A stretch of 64,000 bases of DNA from a virus. Both the position numbers and the translations under genes were made by a program. Where the stretch lies: positions 1-64,000 of IMG/VR virus record IMGVR_UViG_3300020190_000042. One strand, written 5' to 3'. Below the pieces are notes generated by a model. It was not told the DNA's origin. It did no database searches and saw nothing but the letters and a program-made list of their open reading frames with translations. Positions 46,036-54,960 of this stretch are shown here, in pieces; the first letter of the stretch is position 1, and every line of letters starts with the position of its first letter.

Positions 46036-47571
46036 TCAGTACGTACCGCCGTTGATCAACGAAGGGAATCCAGCGGGCGGAATTAAGACCCCGTTAGCAT
46101 ACTGCCCTCCAACAAAAGTGTTAATAGGTTGCGATACTAAAACCCCGTTGGCGTATGTACCGCCGTCATACACCTGAAGTTGATCGAAGTTAATCGGAGC
46201 GAATGGGTCGAATTCCTCGATGGTAAACATCTCGAAATTCTCCGCCTCCATTGGCGTCAAAGAATTTATATTTCCAAAGTTCAGTGTTTTACCCATCATG
46301 TTGTACATGTCGGGGTACATCATGTGCGTAGGCATATCGTTTTTCGCAGGGCTATACCTCTGCCACCACACGAGATTTCGCTCGCGTTTAAAAAAGTCTG
46401 TCTGTTTAGCTAAATCAATTTCGAATTTTTCTCTGTAATACTCGTTCATCGGTTCGTCGTTTGGTTGAGCTAACCACATCGATGTTGTAGTGGTCTGCCC
46501 AAATCGCAGCTGAAGATCCCACATAGCCGCATAAATATGCTTACACCAACGCGGCTGATAATAAAAAACGTTTGGATCTGAGTACACGGCTTCCGTATAC
46601 TCAGGGATGTTATAAATTTCGTTTAGATATATAAAACCAAATGTCCGAGCAAAACCAGGGTTGTCATTAGAAGGAACCTGCCGCACAGTCGAGTCGGGAC
46701 CGGCATCGTAAAAACCTGGATTGGTATTCTGGACTCGGGTAAACGGATATTTACGACGCAACGAGGCTTCATAAAGATTGAAACCTTCTCGGGCTAAGAA
46801 ATCCGGGCAAGTGCATTGAGACCGCATTTCGGTAGTCAAATATTCCCCGACTGCCGGAGGACCTGTAGCAGGAACTGCCATGGTCGTGGAATTAACCACG
46901 GCCCAGCTATTAGCTTCGGTATGGGATAAAAACAGAGTATTAAATATGGGCAGAAAACCCGGAGCTTGAGGAACCCCGTTAATTCCTACAGCGGTAACCG
47001 TATAGTTGTTATATCCGTACGCTTTTTCTGTGCCGTCTGCGTTATATCTATTTGATAAAACTTCTCCAGCAAAGAATGAAATTGGTGCGCCAAAGTTAGA
47101 ACTCAACCGAACCGCATAAGTGTTTGCGTCGTAATCAGTGACGGAAACGACCGAATAACCAAAATTCAGGAAGTTAAATGAATCCCTAGGTCGAATTCCA
47201 ACCATCCACATGCGCATGTCTGCACGCGTGGTTGGATACATAAAAGCAATACCAGGCAAAAATGTCCCAACACCGGGAGCACCTGATACAAAATATTTAA
47301 AGCTATACGTCAGACCTTCATATGCTTGCTGCGAGTACATCGCAAGCTCATACCCACGTCTCCAACGAGCCCAAAGGGACGCGTAATCGTAGTCACTTAA
47401 AAGACTAAAGTTTTTAGTCCCCGTGACAGGACGAAAGCGTCTTTTAAACGGTAGAGGACGTAATAATTCGCCTGCGTTATCAGAACCGCGAATCGTGCGA
47501 GGTTGATTTACAGGGTTAGTGGCTTTAAAATCTCGAAAGCCAAAATTATCAGATCCTCTTTTTCTTGCCAC
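46036..47571 (-). CDS. Probable tail/structural protein with a split SWIM-like Zn motif
   Basis: QCTCPDF...WCKHIYA; C-terminal GGTY/GGQY repeats. Confidence 0.7.
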   Translation of the reverse strand: MARKRGSDNFGFRDFKATNPVNQPRTIRGSDNAGELLRPLPFKRRFRPVTGTKNFSLLSDYDYASLWARWRRGYELAMYSQQAYEGLTYSFKYFVSGAPGVGTFLPGIAFMYPTTRADMRMWMVGIRPRDSFNFLNFGYSVVSVTDYDANTYAVRLSSNFGAPISFFAGEVLSNRYNADGTEKAYGYNNYTVTAVGINGVPQAPGFLPIFNTLFLSHTEANSWAVVNSTTMAVPATGPPAVGEYLTTEMRSQCTCPDFLAREGFNLYEASLRRKYPFTRVQNTNPGFYDAGPDSTVRQVPSNDNPGFARTFGFIYLNEIYNIPEYTEAVYSDPNVFYYQPRWCKHIYAAMWDLQLRFGQTTTTSMWLAQPNDEPMNEYYREKFEIDLAKQTDFFKRERNLVWWQRYSPAKNDMPTHMMYPDMYNMMGKTLNFGNINSLTPMEAENFEMFTIEEFDPFAPINFDQLQVYDGGTYANGVLVSQPINTFVGGQYANGVLIPPAGFPSLINGGTY

Positions 47572-47574
47572 GTA

Positions 47575-48129
47575 TTAATAGAACCCGCCTTGGGCCCAGA
47601 TCGTGATTCCGGAAGAGCTAAGACCGCCAGAAACAGAAGTAGGACCGTTGCCGAGATAGCCGGCGCAAAGGATATAACCTTTTTCAAGGTAAAGACCTTC
47701 TCCTTTACCGATTTGAATCGGAGCAATGATGTTTGTGTCACCGGTTTTGGGCACCGGAGCATTAACAGCAAACAGCTGTACGGGAAGCGGATAACCAAAG
47801 GTACTTCCGCTCAGCCCCACCTCGAAACGACCCACCATAAGAGCCGCCGACGTAGAAGGTGCGGCCTGGTTAGGAGCGTAAACGTAAAGCCCAATGTCAG
47901 CGGTTCGAATACCGCTCTTATCAGGGTAATCTTCGTTGCTAACAATCGTGATGTCCTCAACGAGAGCCGCGTCTTCTGAAGGCAGGTCACCCACGCGGAC
48001 TAACTGAATCAGATCAGTCAGATTCGGGTTCGTCGGATCGCATTGTCCCGTGCCGCTGGTAATGCGCGCGCCGCGAAGAAACGGGCGGTCAATCAGACAG
48101 GGCTGCTTGTTTGTGCTAGTCGAGGCCAT
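47575..48129 (-). CDS. Virion structural protein
   Basis: 184 aa, beta-rich, ends AQGGFY; 5 SG. Confidence 0.7.
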   Translation of the reverse strand: MASTSTNKQPCLIDRPFLRGARITSGTGQCDPTNPNLTDLIQLVRVGDLPSEDAALVEDITIVSNEDYPDKSGIRTADIGLYVYAPNQAAPSTSAALMVGRFEVGLSGSTFGYPLPVQLFAVNAPVPKTGDTNIIAPIQIGKGEGLYLEKGYILCAGYLGNGPTSVSGGLSSSGITIWAQGGFY

Positions 48130-48147
48130 TGTATGCGCTCTGTAATA

Positions 48148-48483
48148 TTAGAGAAGCAGACCCTTGAGGGGATTGAAGGAATCGGCTTCCTTCGTAGATT
48201 TATCAACAATCGATTTCAGTAAATCAGCTAGGTAACTCTCCTGACGCTGGGTCTGCAGATATTCCTGCAAACGTGATCCGGCCATGCGCGGAGCTTCGCC
48301 ACGGATGCCTCGGATTAAATCACCAACTCCACCAAACAAATCTTGGAGACCGGCGCCAGCAGCTAAATAGTCAAAACCGGGTTTAGAAGGACTCGGAGCA
48401 GTACTACTCCCGACGCCGCCAAAGTCACTAATAGTTGCTTGATCCGACGGAGTGATGTAGTCCGTGTATGAGTAGTTAGGCAT
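48148..48483 (-). CDS. Probable internal virion protein with RMAG motif
   Basis: 111 aa; APRMAGSRL. Confidence 0.7.
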   Translation of the reverse strand: MPNYSYTDYITPSDQATISDFGGVGSSTAPSPSKPGFDYLAAGAGLQDLFGGVGDLIRGIRGEAPRMAGSRLQEYLQTQRQESYLADLLKSIVDKSTKEADSFNPLKGLLL

Positions 48484-48524
48484 GGTCAGCGTCCGCTTGT
48501 TTAAGTTTACTTGGAAATAAACAA

Positions 48525-50030
48525 TCAGATCAGGTTTCGGCCCTGCAGCGCATAAATAAGCGCCGGATCTAACCCACGGACCTCATCGATGATCTGCGGC
48601 GTGGTAAACGACCGTAAATCAGATGCCCCTTGAGTACCGTCAATAGCGGCCTGAGCAGCTGCCGAAGTGTTGCCAATAATATTGTTGGCGTTATTCGAAC
48701 CAGCGGGTGCGGTAATAACCTTCTGGGTTTGTTGAGGAATTTGCTGACTAGGTAACGTATAAGAACCAGTCGCTTTACGCAGCAGTTCGTAAGCAAGCTC
48801 CGGATTAGCGTTAGCCCAAGTAACGAGCTGAGGGCTGTCTAACACGCCGCGCTTAGTTAACTCTGAAACAATCTCAGCTTTGTTAGCCGGGAACGAAGCA
48901 TACTGCTCACGTTGACCGTAATACTCACGCAGTTGAGCCTGAGGCTTGGTGTACTGTTGCTTCGCCGCACGAAGCGCTTCGTCTTCACCGCGAGTTGTGA
49001 TGACGGTCTGACCCTCGGCACCCCGATAAACAGGGGCAGGCATAATGGCCCGCGCAGCGGGGCTCATGCTCTCAGCAATTTGTTGAGCGGTATTTGCTTG
49101 CCGATTTTGAGCAGCTTGGGGATCATTAACTAATCCGCCGGCATCAGCGCTTTCGGTTGTGGGACCCATCGGAGTCTCCAACGGAGCCTCAGGAACAGCC
49201 GTAGGAGCAGTGAAACGACCAGCAGCAAAAGCTGCAGCTAAACCGCCAGGAATACCTAAAGCCAAACCGAGTTTACCGAGGTTGCCTTGGCGCACACCGC
49301 CCATGGCGTTGGAGAGTTCGCGAACATCAACATCCACAACGTCTTCCACACCACGGCGAGCACCGCCGCGTTGAATAAACTCGTCGAGCAGACCGCCGGG
49401 AGACGGCACAACAGCACCGCCTTTTTCGGTCATTTGGATTGCTGCTGCACCGGCGGGAGGACGCATCCCACCACCAGGGCTACGCACCAATGCGCTAGCG
49501 CCGGAAAGATTTTCTTCTAAATTGCGAAGAAAATTGGTGCCGGCGGGGGACACCAAATCATCAACAGAAACGGGCTTACCGTAATAAGCCGTGGCACGCT
49601 TAGCTAACTCATTAATTGCCCGGTAAGTGCCGGGGTCATTAGCGTAAAGCTCCTCAGCAGTTTTACTCACAGGACCCTGCATTGGGGTCGTCTTAAAAGC
49701 AGGAGCTGGAGCCGGAGCAGTTTCAAATAAATTTAATTGATCCCGGCTAGGGGCTGCAGGAATCTGAGGGGCATCCACAGCCCTAGGGTTCGGACGAAGC
49801 ATCGCCCGATAATCCACATCGGCAGGAGAAATCTTAGGGCCGTAAATAGAACGACCGGGTTGAGTGCTTTGAAGAGCAGGGAGTAAGGAGCCCTGCCGAG
49901 CAGCGGGTTTGGCTGCTTTAATGGCCGCCTCTCCAACTTCCCGAGTTACTGCGCCGCCGGGCTTCAGCATCCCGCTTTTTACTAAACCAGAACCAAAGAT
50001 TTTTAGAATCTCTAATAACTGACGGTTCAC
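48525..50030 (-). CDS. Probable internal/ejection protein
   Basis: 501 aa, low complexity (A/P/G/Q) with one hydrophobic stretch. Confidence 0.65.
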   Translation of the reverse strand: MNRQLLEILKIFGSGLVKSGMLKPGGAVTREVGEAAIKAAKPAARQGSLLPALQSTQPGRSIYGPKISPADVDYRAMLRPNPRAVDAPQIPAAPSRDQLNLFETAPAPAPAFKTTPMQGPVSKTAEELYANDPGTYRAINELAKRATAYYGKPVSVDDLVSPAGTNFLRNLEENLSGASALVRSPGGGMRPPAGAAAIQMTEKGGAVVPSPGGLLDEFIQRGGARRGVEDVVDVDVRELSNAMGGVRQGNLGKLGLALGIPGGLAAAFAAGRFTAPTAVPEAPLETPMGPTTESADAGGLVNDPQAAQNRQANTAQQIAESMSPAARAIMPAPVYRGAEGQTVITTRGEDEALRAAKQQYTKPQAQLREYYGQREQYASFPANKAEIVSELTKRGVLDSPQLVTWANANPELAYELLRKATGSYTLPSQQIPQQTQKVITAPAGSNNANNIIGNTSAAAQAAIDGTQGASDLRSFTTPQIIDEVRGLDPALIYALQGRNLI

Positions 50031-50065
50031 AAACCTAGGGCGCAGTCCTTATCTAACTATAGCTT

Positions 50066-50692
50066 TTATCGCCAATTTGCGTAGAAGTATAAGCGGTCTG
50101 CACGTGAAGTATCTGGTGGTCCAGGAATAGCCTGAATAAACTCACCGCCACTGCGCTCAAACCGATACCGCGCTGCCACGGGGTCCCGATAGTTAGGCAC
50201 ATACAGCATGTGAGCTAAACGGTCACACTCATAAAGGTAATTTTCCCGCCAGATCCGGGCGGTCTCACGCTTGTCCTGAATATTAATCGAACGACTAACG
50301 TCGCCCAGAATCGTTTCTTGACGACTGGTTGCCCGCCCCGTGGCCAATTCCGTCAGGCGCTCTGCTTCTTCGCAGCGCTCAATCTGCTGAACTATTTTGT
50401 CGTAATAATATTCACTTGGAATGCTATTACAAGCCTCCATTAATCTGGCGTAATCGCCAGCCGGCACAGTCGCAATATTGTATCCAAGGTGATACGCAAC
50501 ACGACTAAAGTTAAAGTCGTCAAGCCTATAACCAAATACCTGCGCAGGGTTGCGAGTAAGTTGATTAATTGCGGCGTATATAACTTCACGCTTTGTGGCG
50601 TCAGTTGTGTCGGGCTGAAAGACAACACCTTGACCCGCAAGGTAACTTTGTATCTGTTGAAGTTCTTGCGTGCTTAACTGAGCCACTACCAA
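50066..50692 (-). CDS. Probable head-completion/adaptor protein
   Basis: 208 aa, helical, downstream of the capsid genes; positional inference. Confidence 0.5.
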   Translation of the reverse strand: MVVAQLSTQELQQIQSYLAGQGVVFQPDTTDATKREVIYAAINQLTRNPAQVFGYRLDDFNFSRVAYHLGYNIATVPAGDYARLMEACNSIPSEYYYDKIVQQIERCEEAERLTELATGRATSRQETILGDVSRSINIQDKRETARIWRENYLYECDRLAHMLYVPNYRDPVAARYRFERSGGEFIQAIPGPPDTSRADRLYFYANWR

Positions 50693-50744
50693 AGCCTGCT
50701 ACATATTTAGATTCTAATTCTTTATTTAAAAGACCTCTACGTGA

Positions 50745-51182
50745 TCACTCAACGTAAACGTGATCGCCCTCTAAAACAGAATCCCAATCCACACGGGAAA
50801 TCGAGCGAAGCTGATCAAGTTTAGTAAACCGCTCTCCCGGCATTGATTGCTGCAGTTCTTTGATCTCAGTAGCGGTCTTTAAACCAACTCCCTTGAGCAC
50901 TTGCGTCAAAAGTTGCGGGGTGGCCGAATTAATGTTGACTCGGTTAAAAGCTTGGACCTCAGGTTTTACGATCTGTCGCCCACGACGCTGCTTAGCTGGT
51001 TTTTCAGTAGGTTCAGGAGCGTCTACAAGATCCTCAGAGATTTGATTTTTATGTGCGAAAAATACTTTCCCCGTGGTTAGGGAGCGAACCATTTTATATT
51101 CACCGTCATCGTGCTCACTTAGAATTTCAATCTTTACGCCATTAGGAGTAAAGGTGAACTCTTTAACAGACACGGCAGTCAT
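50745..51182 (-). CDS. Helix-hairpin-helix (ComEA-like) DNA-binding protein
   Basis: RVNINSATPQLLTQVLKGVGLKTATEI...FTKLDQL. Confidence 0.8.
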   Translation of the reverse strand: MTAVSVKEFTFTPNGVKIEILSEHDDGEYKMVRSLTTGKVFFAHKNQISEDLVDAPEPTEKPAKQRRGRQIVKPEVQAFNRVNINSATPQLLTQVLKGVGLKTATEIKELQQSMPGERFTKLDQLRSISRVDWDSVLEGDHVYVE

Positions 51183-51226
51183 TATGTAGACAGTGATCTG
51201 TTGTTAGTTATAGCACAACAGGCAAT

Positions 51227-51251
51227 AAAAAACCCCCTCCGAAGAGGGGGT
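51227..51251 (-). terminator. Intrinsic terminator after the capsid operon
   Basis: Minus strand ACCCCCTC-TTCG-GAGGGGGT followed by a T run. Confidence 0.9.
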
Positions 51252-51275
51252 AAGCACTCCGATAAAACAAGTTTA

Positions 51276-52139
51276 TCAGGAGGGCACAGTCGAGGTGTAC
51301 ACGTTGGATTCCACCACGCCGCCGGGCTGCAGAGCCAGATCGTCGCGCTTGGGCGCTTCGTCGGGGATGAGCCAGCAGACTTCGCAGATACCCAGAGCCT
51401 TGTTCTTGCCAGACAGTTTGTTGGCTTGAGCACGGGGATCGTACACACCGGAACCGAGACCCAGGCCGGAGCCAGGAACAGTAGCGGTGCTGTACAGACG
51501 GTACTTCACATCGCGAGTAACGGCGTGCATGCTGGCATCACTCCAGGCGTTGCTGGAAATGTAGCTACCGTTCTCGATGCGGCTGTTCGAACCAACGAGG
51601 TTGGCGAAGAAGCCACTGGGGCTAGGCGCGGTGGTGAGACCGGAGGACAGAGCAGGACCCACGCCGAGGGCGGGGGCGCTCTGAGCACCAGCAATACCGC
51701 TGCTGATCACGTCGCCGCCGTCGAGACGCACGGACACGCGATACACGTATGCACCGGAAGGCACGGTAATGCCGTCGGTGATGTCAGCACGGACATCCTT
51801 AGACGCGTCAGGAGACGGAATAATAATGTCAGCAGCCCGGAAAGGCTGGTTCGCGCTGTTCTGACCCGAACCATAAGGCTGGGTGTAATAATCCAGCTGG
51901 TTGGTGCTAGAGCTGGCCTGATAAGACAGGTCAACGTAACCCACGGCTTGCTGAGCAATCCAACCGGGGCGGAAGACCACGCCCACCGGGCCGCCAATCG
52001 GCTGGTTGGTATAGGTCTCGCTGGTGCCGTTCTCATTCAGGAAACTGAAGTTGCTGGTGGAGTGCCAGTAACGGAGAACGTTGGTGTAGTTGCCAGGATA
52101 AATCTTGGCGACTGCGATCTGATCGGGATTAATTGCCAT
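51276..52139 (-). CDS. Abundant capsid-associated (decoration/minor capsid) protein
   Basis: Immediately after the MCP with a GGAGG RBS and the same codon bias; 8 SG. Confidence 0.7.
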   Translation of the reverse strand: MAINPDQIAVAKIYPGNYTNVLRYWHSTSNFSFLNENGTSETYTNQPIGGPVGVVFRPGWIAQQAVGYVDLSYQASSSTNQLDYYTQPYGSGQNSANQPFRAADIIIPSPDASKDVRADITDGITVPSGAYVYRVSVRLDGGDVISSGIAGAQSAPALGVGPALSSGLTTAPSPSGFFANLVGSNSRIENGSYISSNAWSDASMHAVTRDVKYRLYSTATVPGSGLGLGSGVYDPRAQANKLSGKNKALGICEVCWLIPDEAPKRDDLALQPGGVVESNVYTSTVPS

Positions 52140-52153
52140 CGTTAGTTACCTCC

Positions 52154-53269
52154 TCAAGCGTTAAAGGAGTAAGCCACGGTGGCGAAGTCAGCGTTCAGAA
52201 GTTCGAAACCTGCGTACAGGCTCCAAATCATCATGATGAAACGGCTGAAATCGTCGTTGTTGTTCAACAGCACCTGAGCGTTGTTGCCGCCGATACCGAC
52301 GCCAACGCTCTGGGGACCGAAGAACATACCGATTGCGGTTTCGTAGGAAGCCGAGGTGCCGCCGATAGAAGCGGTGGCATTCTGAGATGGCATGTTGGTG
52401 GATTCGAAGAAGCGAACGCCTTCGAACACGAAACCGGTGGGCATAATCGGCTCACCAGCCACAAAGGTGGCTTGACCAAAGCCCTGACCCATGTACAGCG
52501 CAGCGTTGGGCTGCATTGCCGACATTAGGGGGTTGATCTGACCGTTGCCGGGGTAACGAGCAACTTCGCGGAAGTCGCTGTTCTGGCGCAGGTGCATTAG
52601 GAAGGTAGGATCGCAAACACAGCGATAGAAACCGTCCTGGAAGGTAGGAACGTTACGCTTACGCAGGCTCTTCACCACGCGCAGCAGGTCGTCCTTAACG
52701 TCGAACTTAGCTTGTTCGGCGTTGGTGTAGGTGAGGCTACCAACGGCGAGATCACCGGGGTAGTAGTAACCACCTTGGGAATCGGAAGCCTTACCCTTGG
52801 AAACAGCTTTCAGGAGTTCGTTGATGAACACTCGATCGCGCCAACGACGATAGTCGTCGAGCAGAGTCAGCGAACCGATGGACTGGTGAAAGGCAGTCAG
52901 GTTGCCGGTATCCAGCAGAAGACGCTGCGCGGTGATCAGAGTCTCGCGAGCAATCTTGAAGGTGCTGGGCTGAGTGGGATCAGTCGGGTCGGCAGGACCG
53001 GTGTACTCGCGGAGGGTCACGAGCACCTTGTCCTTGACGATGTTTCGGCTGTTGGCAGTACCGATGGTCTGCTCAGCAGTGCGCTCCCGAGACTCCTTAG
53101 AGCCGGGGTTGCCCCAGAAACGATAACGGTCAAGCTGTACGGTCTGGCCAGGTTGCTTCGAAAAATCGTGAACAACCACCGGCTCAGCAGCCATCTCTAC
53201 GACGTACGCAGGATGGGGACGGTATAATTCCGCACCGAGCAGCTTCGGAAAATCATTGTCGACGAACAA
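52154..53269 (-). CDS. Major capsid protein
   Basis: 371 aa, strongest codon bias, GGAGG RBS, KQPGQTVQLDRY and GFVFEGVRFFES segments; follows portal and scaffold. Confidence 0.85.
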   Translation of the reverse strand: MFVDNDFPKLLGAELYRPHPAYVVEMAAEPVVVHDFSKQPGQTVQLDRYRFWGNPGSKESRERTAEQTIGTANSRNIVKDKVLVTLREYTGPADPTDPTQPSTFKIARETLITAQRLLLDTGNLTAFHQSIGSLTLLDDYRRWRDRVFINELLKAVSKGKASDSQGGYYYPGDLAVGSLTYTNAEQAKFDVKDDLLRVVKSLRKRNVPTFQDGFYRCVCDPTFLMHLRQNSDFREVARYPGNGQINPLMSAMQPNAALYMGQGFGQATFVAGEPIMPTGFVFEGVRFFESTNMPSQNATASIGGTSASYETAIGMFFGPQSVGVGIGGNNAQVLLNNNDDFSRFIMMIWSLYAGFELLNADFATVAYSFNA

Positions 53270-53349
53270 AGCGTCAACCTCCGAAGAACTACATATTTAA
53301 TTTAACTAAAAGATTGCAAAAACAACACACCGCTGTTGCATTCTTAGCG

Positions 53350-54477
53350 TTAAATCGCTTTTTGGTTGCTGGAATTTACCGTGGGACTAAAAACCCTCAC
53401 CATGTTGCGCACAGACTCAGCACCCTGCATATAAACAGAGCCATAGTTGTAGGCATAACGCGTGGACTTACCGCGATATACGTACCGCAAAGCAGAAGAC
53501 ATTAAGCCAGGTGTTCCCGACCGGATAGTTTCTGTGTAAGTCTTGCAATAAACAGGAGAGTTATAAACCCACTCAGAACGATCAGAAGTGCCTTGAGAAC
53601 CTAAGGCGTTTGTTAAGAGTGTGCCCTCATAACTCCGATGAGTAACACCGCCTCCTGTTTGCCCCTGCGCTGCGCTGTTGGCTTCTGGAGTGTTATAAGG
53701 ATTGTAATTTTGATCAGCCGGCGCAACCCCGCCATAATACGTGTAAATACCTTCGTTACGAAGGCCGTATTCTGGTCCGGTCGACGTAACAACTTTTACA
53801 TTTGCAATCGTCGTTACGCTTAGAGGGCGATAACCGTTATAAGAACTAAGAGAACCGCTTGGCAAATAGTCTGTGTTCTGATAATCAACCCAATAACCAG
53901 AAACAGCTTGAGGAACAGTCCTAAAAGCAGTGCTCTTATACCACTGAGTGCTATTTACTGTTGCGACTACAGCAGAGCTGCCCATATTAGAGTGGTGATC
54001 ACAGTAGTAATACAGAAAAGAAGGTGCCGAATCGGCAACAACAATTTGAATGTAACTATTCGGCGTCCCTGGTGTTCCGCTAGTTGTTACGCCGACTGTA
54101 TATTGAACCCCACCACTGTGCGTGCCATTGCTGGTCGTGGAAAATCGAAAAGGATGTCCCGCGTTTGACGGATCAGATAGATTAAAAATAAAAGTCTGAC
54201 CTCGCCTTAGCTGAAGCACAGCTTGAGGTTGATTATTTACATAAAAAATATTTCCCGTGCCAGGATTAGCAACTGTTACATTTAAATAAGTCGTTATTTG
54301 TGCGTTATAGATATCCGCGTAACTCTGATCAGGAGGTCCGGGAACAGTTACACCGAGGTCAGCCCCAGTATCGCGGATACCCGAGCTAAGGACGATGTAG
54401 CCCTCGTGGTTAGGACCGGATTGAATCCGATGAAAACCCGTGTCGTATTTGTAATTAGATAGCGGTGTATAAACCAC
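53350..54477 (-). CDS. Virion structural protein with an inserted cupredoxin-like module
   Basis: LRRGQTFIFNLSDPSNAGHPFRFST...LYYYCDHHSNMG. Confidence 0.75.
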   Translation of the reverse strand: MVYTPLSNYKYDTGFHRIQSGPNHEGYIVLSSGIRDTGADLGVTVPGPPDQSYADIYNAQITTYLNVTVANPGTGNIFYVNNQPQAVLQLRRGQTFIFNLSDPSNAGHPFRFSTTSNGTHSGGVQYTVGVTTSGTPGTPNSYIQIVVADSAPSFLYYYCDHHSNMGSSAVVATVNSTQWYKSTAFRTVPQAVSGYWVDYQNTDYLPSGSLSSYNGYRPLSVTTIANVKVVTSTGPEYGLRNEGIYTYYGGVAPADQNYNPYNTPEANSAAQGQTGGGVTHRSYEGTLLTNALGSQGTSDRSEWVYNSPVYCKTYTETIRSGTPGLMSSALRYVYRGKSTRYAYNYGSVYMQGAESVRNMVRVFSPTVNSSNQKAI

Positions 54478-54511
54478 GGTGAGTACGCGGGCCTACACCA
54501 AGTATAGGATT

Positions 54512-54706
54512 TTAACTAACGACTTCCGTATCGACGGAAGTGGGGGGATCCACTTTTTGACTCAGGTTGTTCATATCCGCGCTGATATTTTGCATATCTT
54601 GCACGTAGGCAGCGCGCAGAGATTCAAGCTCAGCTTTTAATTCCTCAACTTCACTGGAAGATGAGGAAGCGCCGCTATCGCGACGACGGCCAAGAGAATT
54701 AGGCAT
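54512..54706 (-). CDS. Small coiled-coil protein
   Basis: 64 aa. Confidence 0.65.
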   Translation of the reverse strand: MPNSLGRRRDSGASSSSSEVEELKAELESLRAAYVQDMQNISADMNNLSQKVDPPTSVDTEVVS

Positions 54707-54707
54707 T

Positions 54708-54881
54708 TCAAGAAGTCTTCTTAGATTCAGTATACTTCCGAGCTTTTTTCTTCGCTTTTACTCGTTCGGGTAAATTCCCTTTAGTTTCTTTTTCGTACTC
54801 AGCCACCTTGGCTTTTGAAATCTCGCCGCGTTCAGCCATTGCGTAAAATTTACGACGCTGACTCTCTGACGCAAAAGGCAT
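54708..54881 (-). CDS. Small basic protein (57 aa, not in track)
   Basis: MPFASESQRRKFYAMAERGEISKAKVAEYEKETKGNLPERVK... Confidence 0.7.
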   Translation of the reverse strand: MPFASESQRRKFYAMAERGEISKAKVAEYEKETKGNLPERVKAKKKARKYTESKKTS

Positions 54882-54910
54882 CAGTTTAAATAACTCTAAT
54901 TAACTATAAA

Positions 54911-54940
54911 TAAAAAACCCCGCCTGTGAAGACGGGGTTC
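54911..54940 (-). terminator. Intrinsic terminator
   Basis: Minus strand AACCCCGTC-TTCACA-GGCGGGGTT followed by a T run. Confidence 0.8.
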
Positions 54941-54960
54941 CGAAGTTCCTGATTACTGTA

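Noticed and set aside
51201-53227. Long ORFs antisense to the capsid genes (51201..52145, 52133..52528, 52712..53227) and similar shadows over 11369..12157
   Set aside because: Expected shadow ORFs of strongly codon-biased genes; no motifs or independent signals.
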